A DNA stretch of 64,000 nt from an uncultured bacterium (GTDB lineage Bacteria > Patescibacteriota > Minisyncoccia > Phycocordibacterales > PALSA-1337), in the NCBI GenBank assembly GCA_963701025.1, contig OY969557.1:298405-362404 (forward strand), given 5' to 3'. Made by a program: the position numbers and the translations under genes. The notes beneath the pieces were generated by a model that did not search any database, was not told where the DNA came from, and saw nothing but the letters and a program-made list of their open reading frames with translations. Positions within the stretch are counted from its first letter, which is position 1, and each line of letters begins with the position of its first letter. Below, in pieces: positions 53,793 through 62,828 of the stretch.

Positions 53793-54170
53793 CTACCCCA
53801 GCTTCAGATCCGCCATAGCTTCATCGATAGACTTGGAGGCCGGCGATGGGGACGGGGCCGACGAATACGGCGCGCTGGCTGGAGCGGTTCCGGCTGCCGC
53901 CATGCGCTCGGGTGACTTGAGTCCTCCCTCTGGCTCGTTGATCTTGAGATTGACGCGGCTGTTGTTCTTCATGCCGACGACGCGAAGGAGCGTGCGGATA
54001 GACTTGGCGGTGTTGCCCTGGCGGCCGATGATCTTGCCCATATCTGGAGCGCCGACTTCGAGAGTGAGGAGGACGCCCATCTCATCCACTGTTCGACTGA
54101 CTTTGACCTTTTCTGGCTCATCTACTAACGCTTTGATGACATATTCCAAGAACTCTTGGTCTTTCTGCAT
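53793..54170 (-). CDS. khpA: KH-domain RNA-binding protein KhpA
   Basis: DMGKIIGRQGNTAKSIRTLL; lies between rpsP and trmD. Confidence 0.93.
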   Translation of the reverse strand: MQKDQEFLEYVIKALVDEPEKVKVSRTVDEMGVLLTLEVGAPDMGKIIGRQGNTAKSIRTLLRVVGMKNNSRVNLKINEPEGGLKSPERMAAAGTAPASAPYSSAPSPSPASKSIDEAMADLKLG

Positions 54171-54249
54171 GATATTCGTATGCTAACTGGTAAAGCCGTA
54201 CAGTTCGCTGTACTTCGGCTATTCTATAAAAAATAATGGGGAGGCGCAA

Positions 54250-54714
54250 CTAGGCGGCGGGGACAGGAGCCGTTTCTGCCTGGGTGGCCGGTGCTTCTGA
54301 TGTAGTGACTGGGGCTTCGGGGGCGACCGCGGGCTTGATCTCTTCGGAGACCGGAGCCTCGGCTACCGGCTTTGCTTCCTCCTTTTTGACTTCTCCTTGC
54401 TCCTTACTTCCTGCTTCTTGCTCCTTTTTTTGCGGCGTCTTCTTCGGTAGGGCGTTCAGCTTCTTGCCTGTGATGACTTTTTGGGAGATGAGGAAATTAT
54501 GCAGGGTGAGCGAGAGCTTGGCGCCTTTCGACATCCAATGCTTGACGGCTTCAACGTCGAGCTGTTTCGCGGCGTCATTCTTGAGCCGGCTGTCATACCA
54601 GCCCAGATTCTCCAGATATTTTCCGCTCTTCGGGCCGTTCTTGGAATCCGTCAAAACCACACGGAACGTCGGTTCGTGCTTGCGGCCGGTGCGCTGTAGG
54701 CGGATCGTTAACAT
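54250..54714 (-). CDS. rpsP: 30S ribosomal protein S16 with low-complexity tail
   Basis: MLTIRLQRTGRKHEPTFRVV, LENLGWYD and WMSKGA. Confidence 0.96.
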   Translation of the reverse strand: MLTIRLQRTGRKHEPTFRVVLTDSKNGPKSGKYLENLGWYDSRLKNDAAKQLDVEAVKHWMSKGAKLSLTLHNFLISQKVITGKKLNALPKKTPQKKEQEAGSKEQGEVKKEEAKPVAEAPVSEEIKPAVAPEAPVTTSEAPATQAETAPVPAA

Positions 54715-54745
54715 GATATGCGTAGAAGAGGATGGTAACAGAATA

Positions 54746-56011
54746 TCAGTGGCGACGCAAGATGTCACCTATTACCTTTGTTGTTTTGATTATGTCGCTT
54801 TTCTTCGTCCACCTGCCGAAAGAAAAGCGGATGGAGGTCTTACTGTCGGCTCCCATGGCTTTCAAGACATACGACTCGTCTTCGTCGCGTAGGCACGAGC
54901 TTTTGGTCGAACAAGCTATGCCTTTGGCGTCTAATTGCAGAACGAAGAATTCATTGTTTATGCCGGGTATGGATACGTTGAGGATGTGGGGAGAGGTTTT
55001 GGCGCCATTAATGATGATATCCGATCTGATCGCTTGTAGCTTTTCAATAAAGAGGTGGTTCAAGCGCGCAATTCTTATCGATTCTTGAGGCAGAGGGGGA
55101 GGACTCTTCGATTTGCTCCGCTTCAGTTGACTGTAGTGCCCTGTTCCGAGACATCCATTACCGAGGAGTCCGTGCCCAATGATTTCCAACGCTTTTGCAA
55201 AACCCATGATAGCCTGGACATTCTCCGTTCCCGACCTCATTCCCCTTTCTTGGCCACCGCCGTATATGATCGGTTCAATGGGCGTCTCTCGTCTAATAAA
55301 TAGACAGCCGATACCGCGCGGACCATACATCTTACTGCCGTCTAAAGTCAGTAAATCGACGCCCAGACTTTCAAGATTCAAATCCTCATACAAAGCCTGC
55401 GCCGCATCGGTGTGAAAAAGCGGATACACAGAATCAGCCCCTTCGATAGCACCTTCGGCGGCGCGAACGATCTTCGCTTTGCGCGCGTGTCGGACTATTT
55501 TGACCGCTTCGCGAATGGGCTGGACCGCGCCTGTTTCATTATTGACCATCATGATCGATACCAAGAACGTATTCGGCTTGATGGCTTTCTTAAGCTCATC
55601 CAAAGAAATGACGCCTGATGAATTCACGGCCAATCGAGTCACCTCGACACCCTGCTTTTCCAGCATATTCGCCGTCTCCATTATAGAAGAATGCTCGATA
55701 GTGGAAATAATGAGATGGGGCTTCCCTATACCGGCCTGACTGAATGATCGATGTGCCACTCGTCTAGAACCCTCAAGAGCCAATCCATTTGCTTCAGTTC
55801 CTCCGGAGGTAAATACGATCTCATCGCCATGCACATGAAGAAAACCGGCCACCTTCTTCCTTCCTTCTTCCATAGCCTTCTTGGCCGCGACGCCTTCCTT
55901 ATATATAGAAGATGGATTGGCGTATTTTGCCGAAGAATATTTTTTGACCTCGCGGACGACACGAGGATCGATCGGGGTTAGAGAAGCGTAGTCGAGATAA
56001 ATCCTTTTCAT
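54746..56011 (-). CDS. iscS: Cysteine desulfurase (IscS/NifS family)
   Basis: IYLDYASLTP, FTSGGTEAN, HTDAAQ, KMYGPRG, RSGTEN and STKSSC. Confidence 0.92.
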   Translation of the reverse strand: MKRIYLDYASLTPIDPRVVREVKKYSSAKYANPSSIYKEGVAAKKAMEEGRKKVAGFLHVHGDEIVFTSGGTEANGLALEGSRRVAHRSFSQAGIGKPHLIISTIEHSSIMETANMLEKQGVEVTRLAVNSSGVISLDELKKAIKPNTFLVSIMMVNNETGAVQPIREAVKIVRHARKAKIVRAAEGAIEGADSVYPLFHTDAAQALYEDLNLESLGVDLLTLDGSKMYGPRGIGCLFIRRETPIEPIIYGGGQERGMRSGTENVQAIMGFAKALEIIGHGLLGNGCLGTGHYSQLKRSKSKSPPPLPQESIRIARLNHLFIEKLQAIRSDIIINGAKTSPHILNVSIPGINNEFFVLQLDAKGIACSTKSSCLRDEDESYVLKAMGADSKTSIRFSFGRWTKKSDIIKTTKVIGDILRRH

Positions 56012-56062
56012 AGTGATGTTATACACTATCCATTATAAGCCGTAAACAAGTATAATGTCGCT

Positions 56063-56542
56063 ATGTCGCTCATCCTCTCCAACCCGCTCCTCATTGCCGT
56101 CAGCATCCTGGGGCTTATCGTCATCGTCCTCCTCGTCATCACCATCCTGATGAATATGAAGCTCCGCAAATTCCTGATCGCCGCCGACGGGGACACTATC
56201 GGCGACTCATTGGAATTCGCCGCGACGAACATCAAAGACCTCCAGGCTTTCAAGAGCGAGCTCGAAGCGTATCTCCTGACGGTGGAGAACCGCCTGAAGA
56301 AAAGCGTCCAATCAGTCCACACGGTGCGCTTCAATCCCTTCAAGGGCGCCGGCGAAGGCGGCAATCAGAGCTTCGCCACCGCTTTTTTGAATGAGGATGG
56401 CGACGGCGTCGTCGTCTCCAGCCTCTATTCGCGCGACCACGTCAGTGTCTTCGGCAAGCCGGTCAAGAAGCATGCGTCCGAATATGAATTGTCGGGAGAA
56501 GAGAAAGAAGCGTTGGCCAAAGCGAGGGAGAAGTTGGGGTAG
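56063..56542 (+). CDS. DUF4446-family membrane-anchored protein
   Basis: TM, coiled coil, VRFNPF..GGNQSF, DGVVVSSLYSR and LSGEEKEAL. Confidence 0.85.
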   Translation: MSLILSNPLLIAVSILGLIVIVLLVITILMNMKLRKFLIAADGDTIGDSLEFAATNIKDLQAFKSELEAYLLTVENRLKKSVQSVHTVRFNPFKGAGEGGNQSFATAFLNEDGDGVVVSSLYSRDHVSVFGKPVKKHASEYELSGEEKEALAKAREKLG

Positions 56543-56962
56543 TTCAGATGAAAAATCTTCGTGACGGTCCTCAAGCTTTCTTTAAAGAAGCCGATTGGTT
56601 TTGACGATTATAAGTAGTGCTTTGCGGGACCGAGGCGTGTTCCCTTGTCGAAAATTCTGCTTGACATAGTGTGCTGTAATAAAATGTTATAGTTTGTCAA
56701 AACGAGGCTCTAAGGCTAAACCTTTTAAAACACATTCCAGTATTTTTGTATATAAAAAAAGCGCGACTGGTAGAGACAGCGCGCAATGAAGATTCAATCC
56801 ATAGAGAACTGCGGGGTGAACGTGAGCAGATGTTCAAACCTATCGAGATTAGCACCCCAGTCCAGGAAAAATACATTAACACCGAGTTTCTCTAACTCAA
56901 CGCATTACCACTCCAAAAAAAGATTGTCAAATCACTCCATTTCTGCTACACTCTCCATTCCT

Positions 56963-58552
56963 ATGTCCCCTACCTCTCCCACAAAGAAAGGCCTTATCTC
57001 ACGCCCTCCGGTGGTCGTTGTCATGGGTCATATAGACCACGGCAAGTCGACTCTGCTCGACTACATCCGCAAGACGGACGTAGTGGCCGGCGAAGCGGGC
57101 GGCATTACCCAGCACGTGGGCGCGTACCAGGTGGAGCACACGACGGCCGACGGCGCGAAGAGCATGATCACATTCCTGGACACGCCGGGTCACGAGGCTT
57201 TCTGTTCCATCCGCGAGCGCGGGGCGCAGGCGGCTGACATCGCCATCCTAGTCGTCTCGGCCGAAGACGGGGTCAAACCGCAGACCATGGAAGCGTATAA
57301 AAATATAAAAGACGAGAATATTCCATACATCGTCGCCATAAGCAAGATAGACAAGCCGAATGCCGACGTGAATAAGGCCAAGCAGAGCTTGAGCGAAAAA
57401 GAGATCTATGTCGAGGGCTGGGGCGGCGACATTCCCTGCGTGGCCATTTCCGCCACCGTCGGCACCAGCGTATCCGAGCTCCTCGACATAGTCATGCTCA
57501 TGGCCGAGATAGCGGATCTCAAAACCGATCCGGCGGCGCAAGCCGAGGGTATAGTCATCGAGTCAGAGCGCAACGCCAGATCAGGTATATCCGCGACCCT
57601 CCTCGTCAAGAACGGCGTCTTACGCAACGGATCGTTCGTCGTCGCCGGCGGAGCTTACGCGCCAGTCCGTTTCATCGAGGATTTCAAGGGCAAGAAGATA
57701 CCGGAAGCGACCGCTTCCATGCCCGTAGTTATCACCGGTTGGAGCATGATCCCCGATTGCGGATTGGCATTCAAAATCGTCGAATCAAAGAAAGAAGCGG
57801 AGAAGGCTTCTGAAGAATTCAAAACAGTTGAGAGAGAGCGCGCAAAGACGGCGGCGGATTCAGCGGCGGCATTGGAAAGAGCTTCCACAAAGACTCTTGA
57901 AAAGACCGCGGATGGAAAAGAGATCGAGGCGCCGAAAATCGTGACTTTCCCCGTCATCATCAAAGCCGACGTCATCGGCAGTCTCGAAGGTATCCGCCAC
58001 GAGCTCGACAAGATAACCCACGGCCGCGTGCGCCTGAAGATCGTCTCCGAAGGATTGGGCGAGATCAACGAGAACGACGTCAAAGTCGCCACCGGCGACC
58101 AGAATATCGTCATCATCGGCTTCAATGCCGCTCCGGACAAGAAGGCCGCCGCCATGATCGAACGCGCGGCCCCGCCGATCAATGTCAGGAATTTCTCCGT
58201 CATATACGAGCTCATCGACTACATCAAAGAATCATTCGCCGCCAAGGTGCCGAAGGAATATGTGGAAGAAGTGCTCGGCAAAGCCAAGATCCTGGCCATA
58301 TTCTCCAAGGAGAAGGACCGCCAAGTCGTGGGCGGCAAAGTCCAGGAAGGCGCGCTCGCCTCCGGCGCCGCGGTCAAGATCATGCGCCGCGACAATGAGA
58401 TCGGCCGCGGCAAGATCCGCGAGCTCCAGTCAAAGAAGCAGCGCGTCGACGAGGTGGCCACCGGCTATGAATGCGGTATGATGATAGAGGCCAAAGTCGA
58501 GATCGCCGTCGGAGACAAGATCGAGGCGGTGAGGACGGTCGAGAAATTATAA
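56963..58552 (+). CDS. infB: Translation initiation factor IF-2 (short N-terminus)
   Basis: RPPVVVVMGHIDHGKSTLLD, GGITQHVGAY, FLDTPGHEAF and GYECG. Confidence 0.98.
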   Translation: MSPTSPTKKGLISRPPVVVVMGHIDHGKSTLLDYIRKTDVVAGEAGGITQHVGAYQVEHTTADGAKSMITFLDTPGHEAFCSIRERGAQAADIAILVVSAEDGVKPQTMEAYKNIKDENIPYIVAISKIDKPNADVNKAKQSLSEKEIYVEGWGGDIPCVAISATVGTSVSELLDIVMLMAEIADLKTDPAAQAEGIVIESERNARSGISATLLVKNGVLRNGSFVVAGGAYAPVRFIEDFKGKKIPEATASMPVVITGWSMIPDCGLAFKIVESKKEAEKASEEFKTVERERAKTAADSAAALERASTKTLEKTADGKEIEAPKIVTFPVIIKADVIGSLEGIRHELDKITHGRVRLKIVSEGLGEINENDVKVATGDQNIVIIGFNAAPDKKAAAMIERAAPPINVRNFSVIYELIDYIKESFAAKVPKEYVEEVLGKAKILAIFSKEKDRQVVGGKVQEGALASGAAVKIMRRDNEIGRGKIRELQSKKQRVDEVATGYECGMMIEAKVEIAVGDKIEAVRTVEKL

Positions 58553-58591
58553 TTCGTAGCATTCGGATATATTTGTAGATTCGAATTATAT

Positions 58592-58915
58592 ATGTCGCAA
58601 AAAGACGAAAAAATAAAAGAAGTGATCCGCGAGCTCGCCGCCGAATTCTTTTCCCGCGAGTCGAACAGGACATCGCTCATAACGATCACCGACGTCGTGC
58701 TGAAGAGCCGCAACAGCCGGAGCATCATCCTCTTCACGGTCATGCCTGCCGACCAGGAAGCCGCGGCTCTCGACTTCATGCATCGCCGGCTCACGGATCT
58801 GCGCGAATACATCGGCTCACATGTCCGGATGATGCGCGTGCCCTTCCTCGAGGTCGCCATAGACAGGGGCGAGAAGAACCGGCAGCACATAGACGAGATA
58901 TCGCGGAATGTGTAA
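58592..58915 (+). CDS. rbfA: Ribosome-binding factor A
   Basis: Follows infB; LITITDV and RMMRVPFL..D. Confidence 0.9.
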   Translation: MSQKDEKIKEVIRELAAEFFSRESNRTSLITITDVVLKSRNSRSIILFTVMPADQEAAALDFMHRRLTDLREYIGSHVRMMRVPFLEVAIDRGEKNRQHIDEISRNV

Positions 58916-58926
58916 GATGAAGCCGT

Positions 58927-58998
58927 GGCCACGTAGAAAAGTGGTAATTCGGCGGTCTGCAAAACCGCTATACGCGGGTTCGATTCCCGCCGTGGCCT
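58927..58998 (+). tRNA. tRNA-Cys(GCA)
   Basis: GGCCACG/CGTGGCC acceptor, GCGGT-CTGCAAA-ACCGC, TTCGATT and U73; CCA not encoded. Confidence 0.97.
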
Positions 58999-59055
58999 CA
59001 AGCGAGTGAAAAAGGTAAAATGAAAAGCGTAAAATAGGGACTGAACCTATTTATT

Positions 59056-59142
59056 GCCGGGGTGGCGAAATGGTATACGCGCGACACTTAAAATGTCGTT
59101 TCCTTTCAAATGGAAGTGTGAGTTCGAGTCTCACCCCCGGCA
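59056..59142 (+). tRNA. tRNA-Leu(TAA)
   Basis: GCCGGGG/CCCCGGC acceptor, CGACA-CTTAAAA-TGTCG, long variable arm and TTCGAGT. Confidence 0.97.
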
Positions 59143-60597
59143 CAATAGTTCGATATTGGCATTTTTAGGTACATTGGCGAGCTTCTGATACGGACTTTTG
59201 AATTGGTATTGAGCCACAGTTTTGTTTTTGATCGAAGCGTTCGAAAGTAGCTTTTCTAGCATGTGACGCTTTTCCTGGTCATCAACTTGTAAATACCGTG
59301 CCGAGGCTTTGTTGCCATCCAGAAATACATTTTTGATCTGTTCGAAAGTAGCGACGGTTGGTCCGTTTTTGGCTTGAATGTCACGCATCTGTTTCTTGAT
59401 CTCTACGCGCTTGTTCTCGATATCCAACATCTTGAGCTTGTAGACTTCTTCTCGTATAAGTTTGGAGCTGTAGCCGTCTGTAAGTGTTAACTCTCTTTCT
59501 AGGAGCAGATTAAGCTCGTTAGAGAGGTTTTCTAGGGGCAGTCTGCTACGGTCAGCTTCTTGGTTGTATTTCACCTTGTAAGCCTCGCCGGAGATGGCGA
59601 TCATTTCCTCGTCAATTTTGAGGTCCAGGAATTTCTGTGAGATGAGGCCATCAATGTATTCAGAGCGCATGTATTTTTTGTGTTCTTCGCAGTCACCTTT
59701 GCCGTTAGTGCAGTAGTAATACTTGAAGCCTTTCTTGGTATCGCAGGTAAGAGCACAATTACATGAGGCGCATGAGAGGAAGCCACGAGCCGAATAGAAA
59801 TGCTTTTTGACCTTTGCGTGAAGTTTGCCGGTAAGAACATTCTGCACTTTATCGAATAGATCCTTTGAAATGAGCGGCGTATGTTTGCCCTCGTAGATTT
59901 TGCCGTCCCTTTCCATGAAGCCGATGTAGAATTTATGGGAGAGGTTCCGGTGTATCTGATTCTTGCAGACCTTGCCGCCGGATGAGGTGCGTAGGCCTTC
60001 CGAATATAGGACGTCAGAAACTTGTTTAACGCTGTAGCCGCCGGTAGCATATAGTTCAAATGCGCGGACGATATAGGGTGATATTTTCTTGTCTACCTTA
60101 ATGGTTCTTGTACCTCGATCATTCACATATCCAAATGGAGCCCTACTAGGCCAGCCGCCATGTTCCATCTTGGCTCGATTGCCGCGCTTCACGTTGGTGC
60201 TCAAGTCTCGAATGTATTGATTAGCCATGGCTTGCTCAATGCTCATCAAAAGCACATTATCAGAAGGAAAATAGCTTTTCTCAAATGTCCTGATGCACTT
60301 GATCTTGTCGGTCTGTAGGAGCCACTGAATCTGTCCGCCATCGACTGGATTACGTGTAAGACGGTCAATTTTCCAGCAGAGAATGGCATCCGCTTTGCCG
60401 GCTGAGATCATGGCAATCATTTCATTGAAAATGGGCCTGCCAGGTGCTTTGGCTGATTTCTTTTCGGTTAAAGTTTGCACGATTTCAATGCCTTGAGCCT
60501 TAGCCAGATCGGTGAGTTCCTTTTGTTGCGATTCAAGAGACAGCACCTGCTTATCTTCGGTGTCAGTGGATTTTCTGCAGTAGAGAATGTATTTCAT
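59131..60597 (-). CDS. Large serine recombinase (resolvase, recombinase and zinc-ribbon domains)
   Basis: YCRKST catalytic Ser, ESQ, DRLTRN, APFGY, CASC..YYYC and a coiled coil. Confidence 0.95.
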   Translation of the reverse strand: MKYILYCRKSTDTEDKQVLSLESQQKELTDLAKAQGIEIVQTLTEKKSAKAPGRPIFNEMIAMISAGKADAILCWKIDRLTRNPVDGGQIQWLLQTDKIKCIRTFEKSYFPSDNVLLMSIEQAMANQYIRDLSTNVKRGNRAKMEHGGWPSRAPFGYVNDRGTRTIKVDKKISPYIVRAFELYATGGYSVKQVSDVLYSEGLRTSSGGKVCKNQIHRNLSHKFYIGFMERDGKIYEGKHTPLISKDLFDKVQNVLTGKLHAKVKKHFYSARGFLSCASCNCALTCDTKKGFKYYYCTNGKGDCEEHKKYMRSEYIDGLISQKFLDLKIDEEMIAISGEAYKVKYNQEADRSRLPLENLSNELNLLLERELTLTDGYSSKLIREEVYKLKMLDIENKRVEIKKQMRDIQAKNGPTVATFEQIKNVFLDGNKASARYLQVDDQEKRHMLEKLLSNASIKNKTVAQYQFKSPYQKLANVPKNANIELLCRG

Positions 60598-60679
60598 GTA
60601 TGTTAATGATTAGATTGATAATGAAAATTATTAGAATGTAATTGTTGGAAGTGTACTCCTAAAAATTATTCATGACAAA

Positions 60680-61060
60680 TTATTTCGGTGGATTTTCTGT
60701 GGAGAGTTTGTAAATGCGGTGACGAGCTGTGCCTAACCAGTGAGTGTCGTAGCTCTTATCGATCTCCGGCGTGTTCGGATCGACTTCAAAATCTTCCAAC
60801 ATGACGCTCATGGCGAAATTGCTTAATCCGCCGTGAGTGACCGGTCGCTTCAAATTCCTCGAACACACATACGCCTTCTGATTCATAAGTCTATGATCGA
60901 CAAATGACTTAGCCATGTATTTGGCGAGGTAAGATGATAGCCTCTCATTCCCATCAGTCTGCTTCATATATACGAAGCCGTGTCCCCAGAGTCCCGCAAC
61001 CAGTCTTGTAGCTCTTTCTGTGTCAAAGAGACTTTGGGGTAGTCCCCAGAATAGGTGCTT
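60680..61060 (-). pseudogene. Rolling-circle replication initiator remnant (C-terminal part)
   Basis: LWGHGFV, YLAKYMAK (motif III) and YVCSRNLKRP; sequence upstream of HLFWG does not look like a Rep. Confidence 0.65.
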
Positions 61061-61194
61061 ACGCAAGTATTGAATATAACGGCAAAGTATTACTGGTCTT
61101 TCAGGAGCCATCTTCCGGAGGAAATTCTTATTCAAGTAAAAATTATTTCCTACTATACGATGGCATTGTATTACATGACCTTGGTAACTTTGTA

Positions 61195-61671
61195 ATGAGT
61201 GACGATGGGCTATCTTCAGAGGACTTTTGGACAGAAGATGGAAACTTCATTTTTTGGGGTTATGATGGAAGGTACGAGAGTGCGTTCCGGGGATCACATA
61301 ACGCATCAACTTATGCTTTTATCCCACGAATATTCAAGATCGTAATAAATAACAGAGCGATTCAGATTGTTGATGGACCGGCTATTTCTTCAGCTGTAAA
61401 GAAGATCTATCAACACCAGCTCGACGGGATAAGAAATTCGTTTTCCGAAGCAAGGGCAAATAAGGGGTCGTATGATATTACCTCGCTTGATCCGTTCATC
61501 GTTTATTGGACTGGTATGGCTCGATATCTGTTGTCTGGACAGTCGTTAGATAGTGAACTAAGCAAAATTTCCACAACTCAGAAACTCTTTTTATTAGAAA
61601 TTCCTGCCAATGTTTCTGATCTATATTCGGACGTTAATGCTGGTGGTACTAGTGTGCACGGCACGATTTGA
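61195..61671 (+). CDS. Hypothetical protein
   Basis: 158-aa ORF in the island with no recognised motif. Confidence 0.5.
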   Translation: MSDDGLSSEDFWTEDGNFIFWGYDGRYESAFRGSHNASTYAFIPRIFKIVINNRAIQIVDGPAISSAVKKIYQHQLDGIRNSFSEARANKGSYDITSLDPFIVYWTGMARYLLSGQSLDSELSKISTTQKLFLLEIPANVSDLYSDVNAGGTSVHGTI

Positions 61672-61760
61672 AGTATTATTTGACCATATTACAAGCTAAT
61701 TCCGTTCTAATATCGTCCCACAGCGCGCACAAACTGTTTGCGATGTGTTATTATCTGTTT

Positions 61761-62612
61761 ATGGATAAGAATACTTTAATAAATAAACTTGGTGAGTATC
61801 TTAAGGCACGAAAGGATATTTCGTTTGCGTATCTTTTTGGTTCTATCGCAAAAGGCACTTCTCATAACGAATCTGATATTGATATTGGTGTATATTTCAC
61901 ACCAAAGAATAAGATGCTTGAGTACGAATCTATAGAGGAATATGATGGTGAAGATACTGTATGGTCTGATATTGAAAATATCACAAAAAAACAGACCGAT
62001 CTGATCGTTTTGAATCGCGCATCCGCGACATTATTTGACGGAGTATTTCGTACTGGTGTGTTGTTATATGATAACGGTAGCGGAATGCGAACCAGATTAC
62101 TTTTAGCGATTACTGATGCCGCGGAAGAATTTAGAGATTTTGTCACTGATTTCTATCGAATCAGAGAGAGGTCACGGTCTCTAACAGCACAAGATAGGGA
62201 AAGACTCATTAGGATGGTCTCATTCTTGGAGCAGGAAATATCTGAATATGCAAAATTTAGAGAAATAGGTCAAAGTGAATATCAGACTAACCGTCCAATA
62301 AAAAGAGAATTTGAACGTTGGTCGGAAAATATTGTGAATGTTAGCATCGATATAGCCAAGGTGTTACTAGCTTCGGAAAAGCGAGCTATTCCAGAGACCT
62401 ACAAGGCGATACTTGAAGGTATGATGGTTCTACCTGATTTTGGTGAAGACATGGCAAAAAAACTTTCACAATTTTCAAAAATGAGAAATCTGCTTGCTCA
62501 TGAGTATCTCGATATTCGTTTTTCTATGTTGAAAAAATTTGTGGATGAGTCAGAGCCAACATATACACATTTGATTCAATTTGCAAAAAATATTCTAAAT
62601 AAAGTCCAGTGA
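61761..62612 (+). CDS. Fused MNT nucleotidyltransferase-HEPN (DUF86) protein, MntA/HepT-type TA
   Basis: YLFGSIAKG...SDIDIGV and C-terminal RNLLAHEY (RX4HXY). Confidence 0.9.
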   Translation: MDKNTLINKLGEYLKARKDISFAYLFGSIAKGTSHNESDIDIGVYFTPKNKMLEYESIEEYDGEDTVWSDIENITKKQTDLIVLNRASATLFDGVFRTGVLLYDNGSGMRTRLLLAITDAAEEFRDFVTDFYRIRERSRSLTAQDRERLIRMVSFLEQEISEYAKFREIGQSEYQTNRPIKREFERWSENIVNVSIDIAKVLLASEKRAIPETYKAILEGMMVLPDFGEDMAKKLSQFSKMRNLLAHEYLDIRFSMLKKFVDESEPTYTHLIQFAKNILNKVQ

Positions 62613-62828
62613 TATGCTAGGCGCGAACAACATCCATGGTGACGGGCGGAGGTCAACGCGCCCTTATCTGCCAAACGTCACGCGCACCACCTACCCTCCA
62701 AAGGCGGTAGAACGGGAGGCGAATAACGATTTATCATGTGCACTTTTATACATTAGGATATCTACCACACTGGTGCTATTATGTGGTCTAGTTTTTAAAA
62801 CTTTATTTTATCAACCCACATAAATTTT

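Noticed and set aside
56810-56865. TPP riboswitch (GGGGTGC on the minus strand)
   Set aside because: Lacks CUGAGA and the ACCUGAU core, and there is no downstream thiamine gene.
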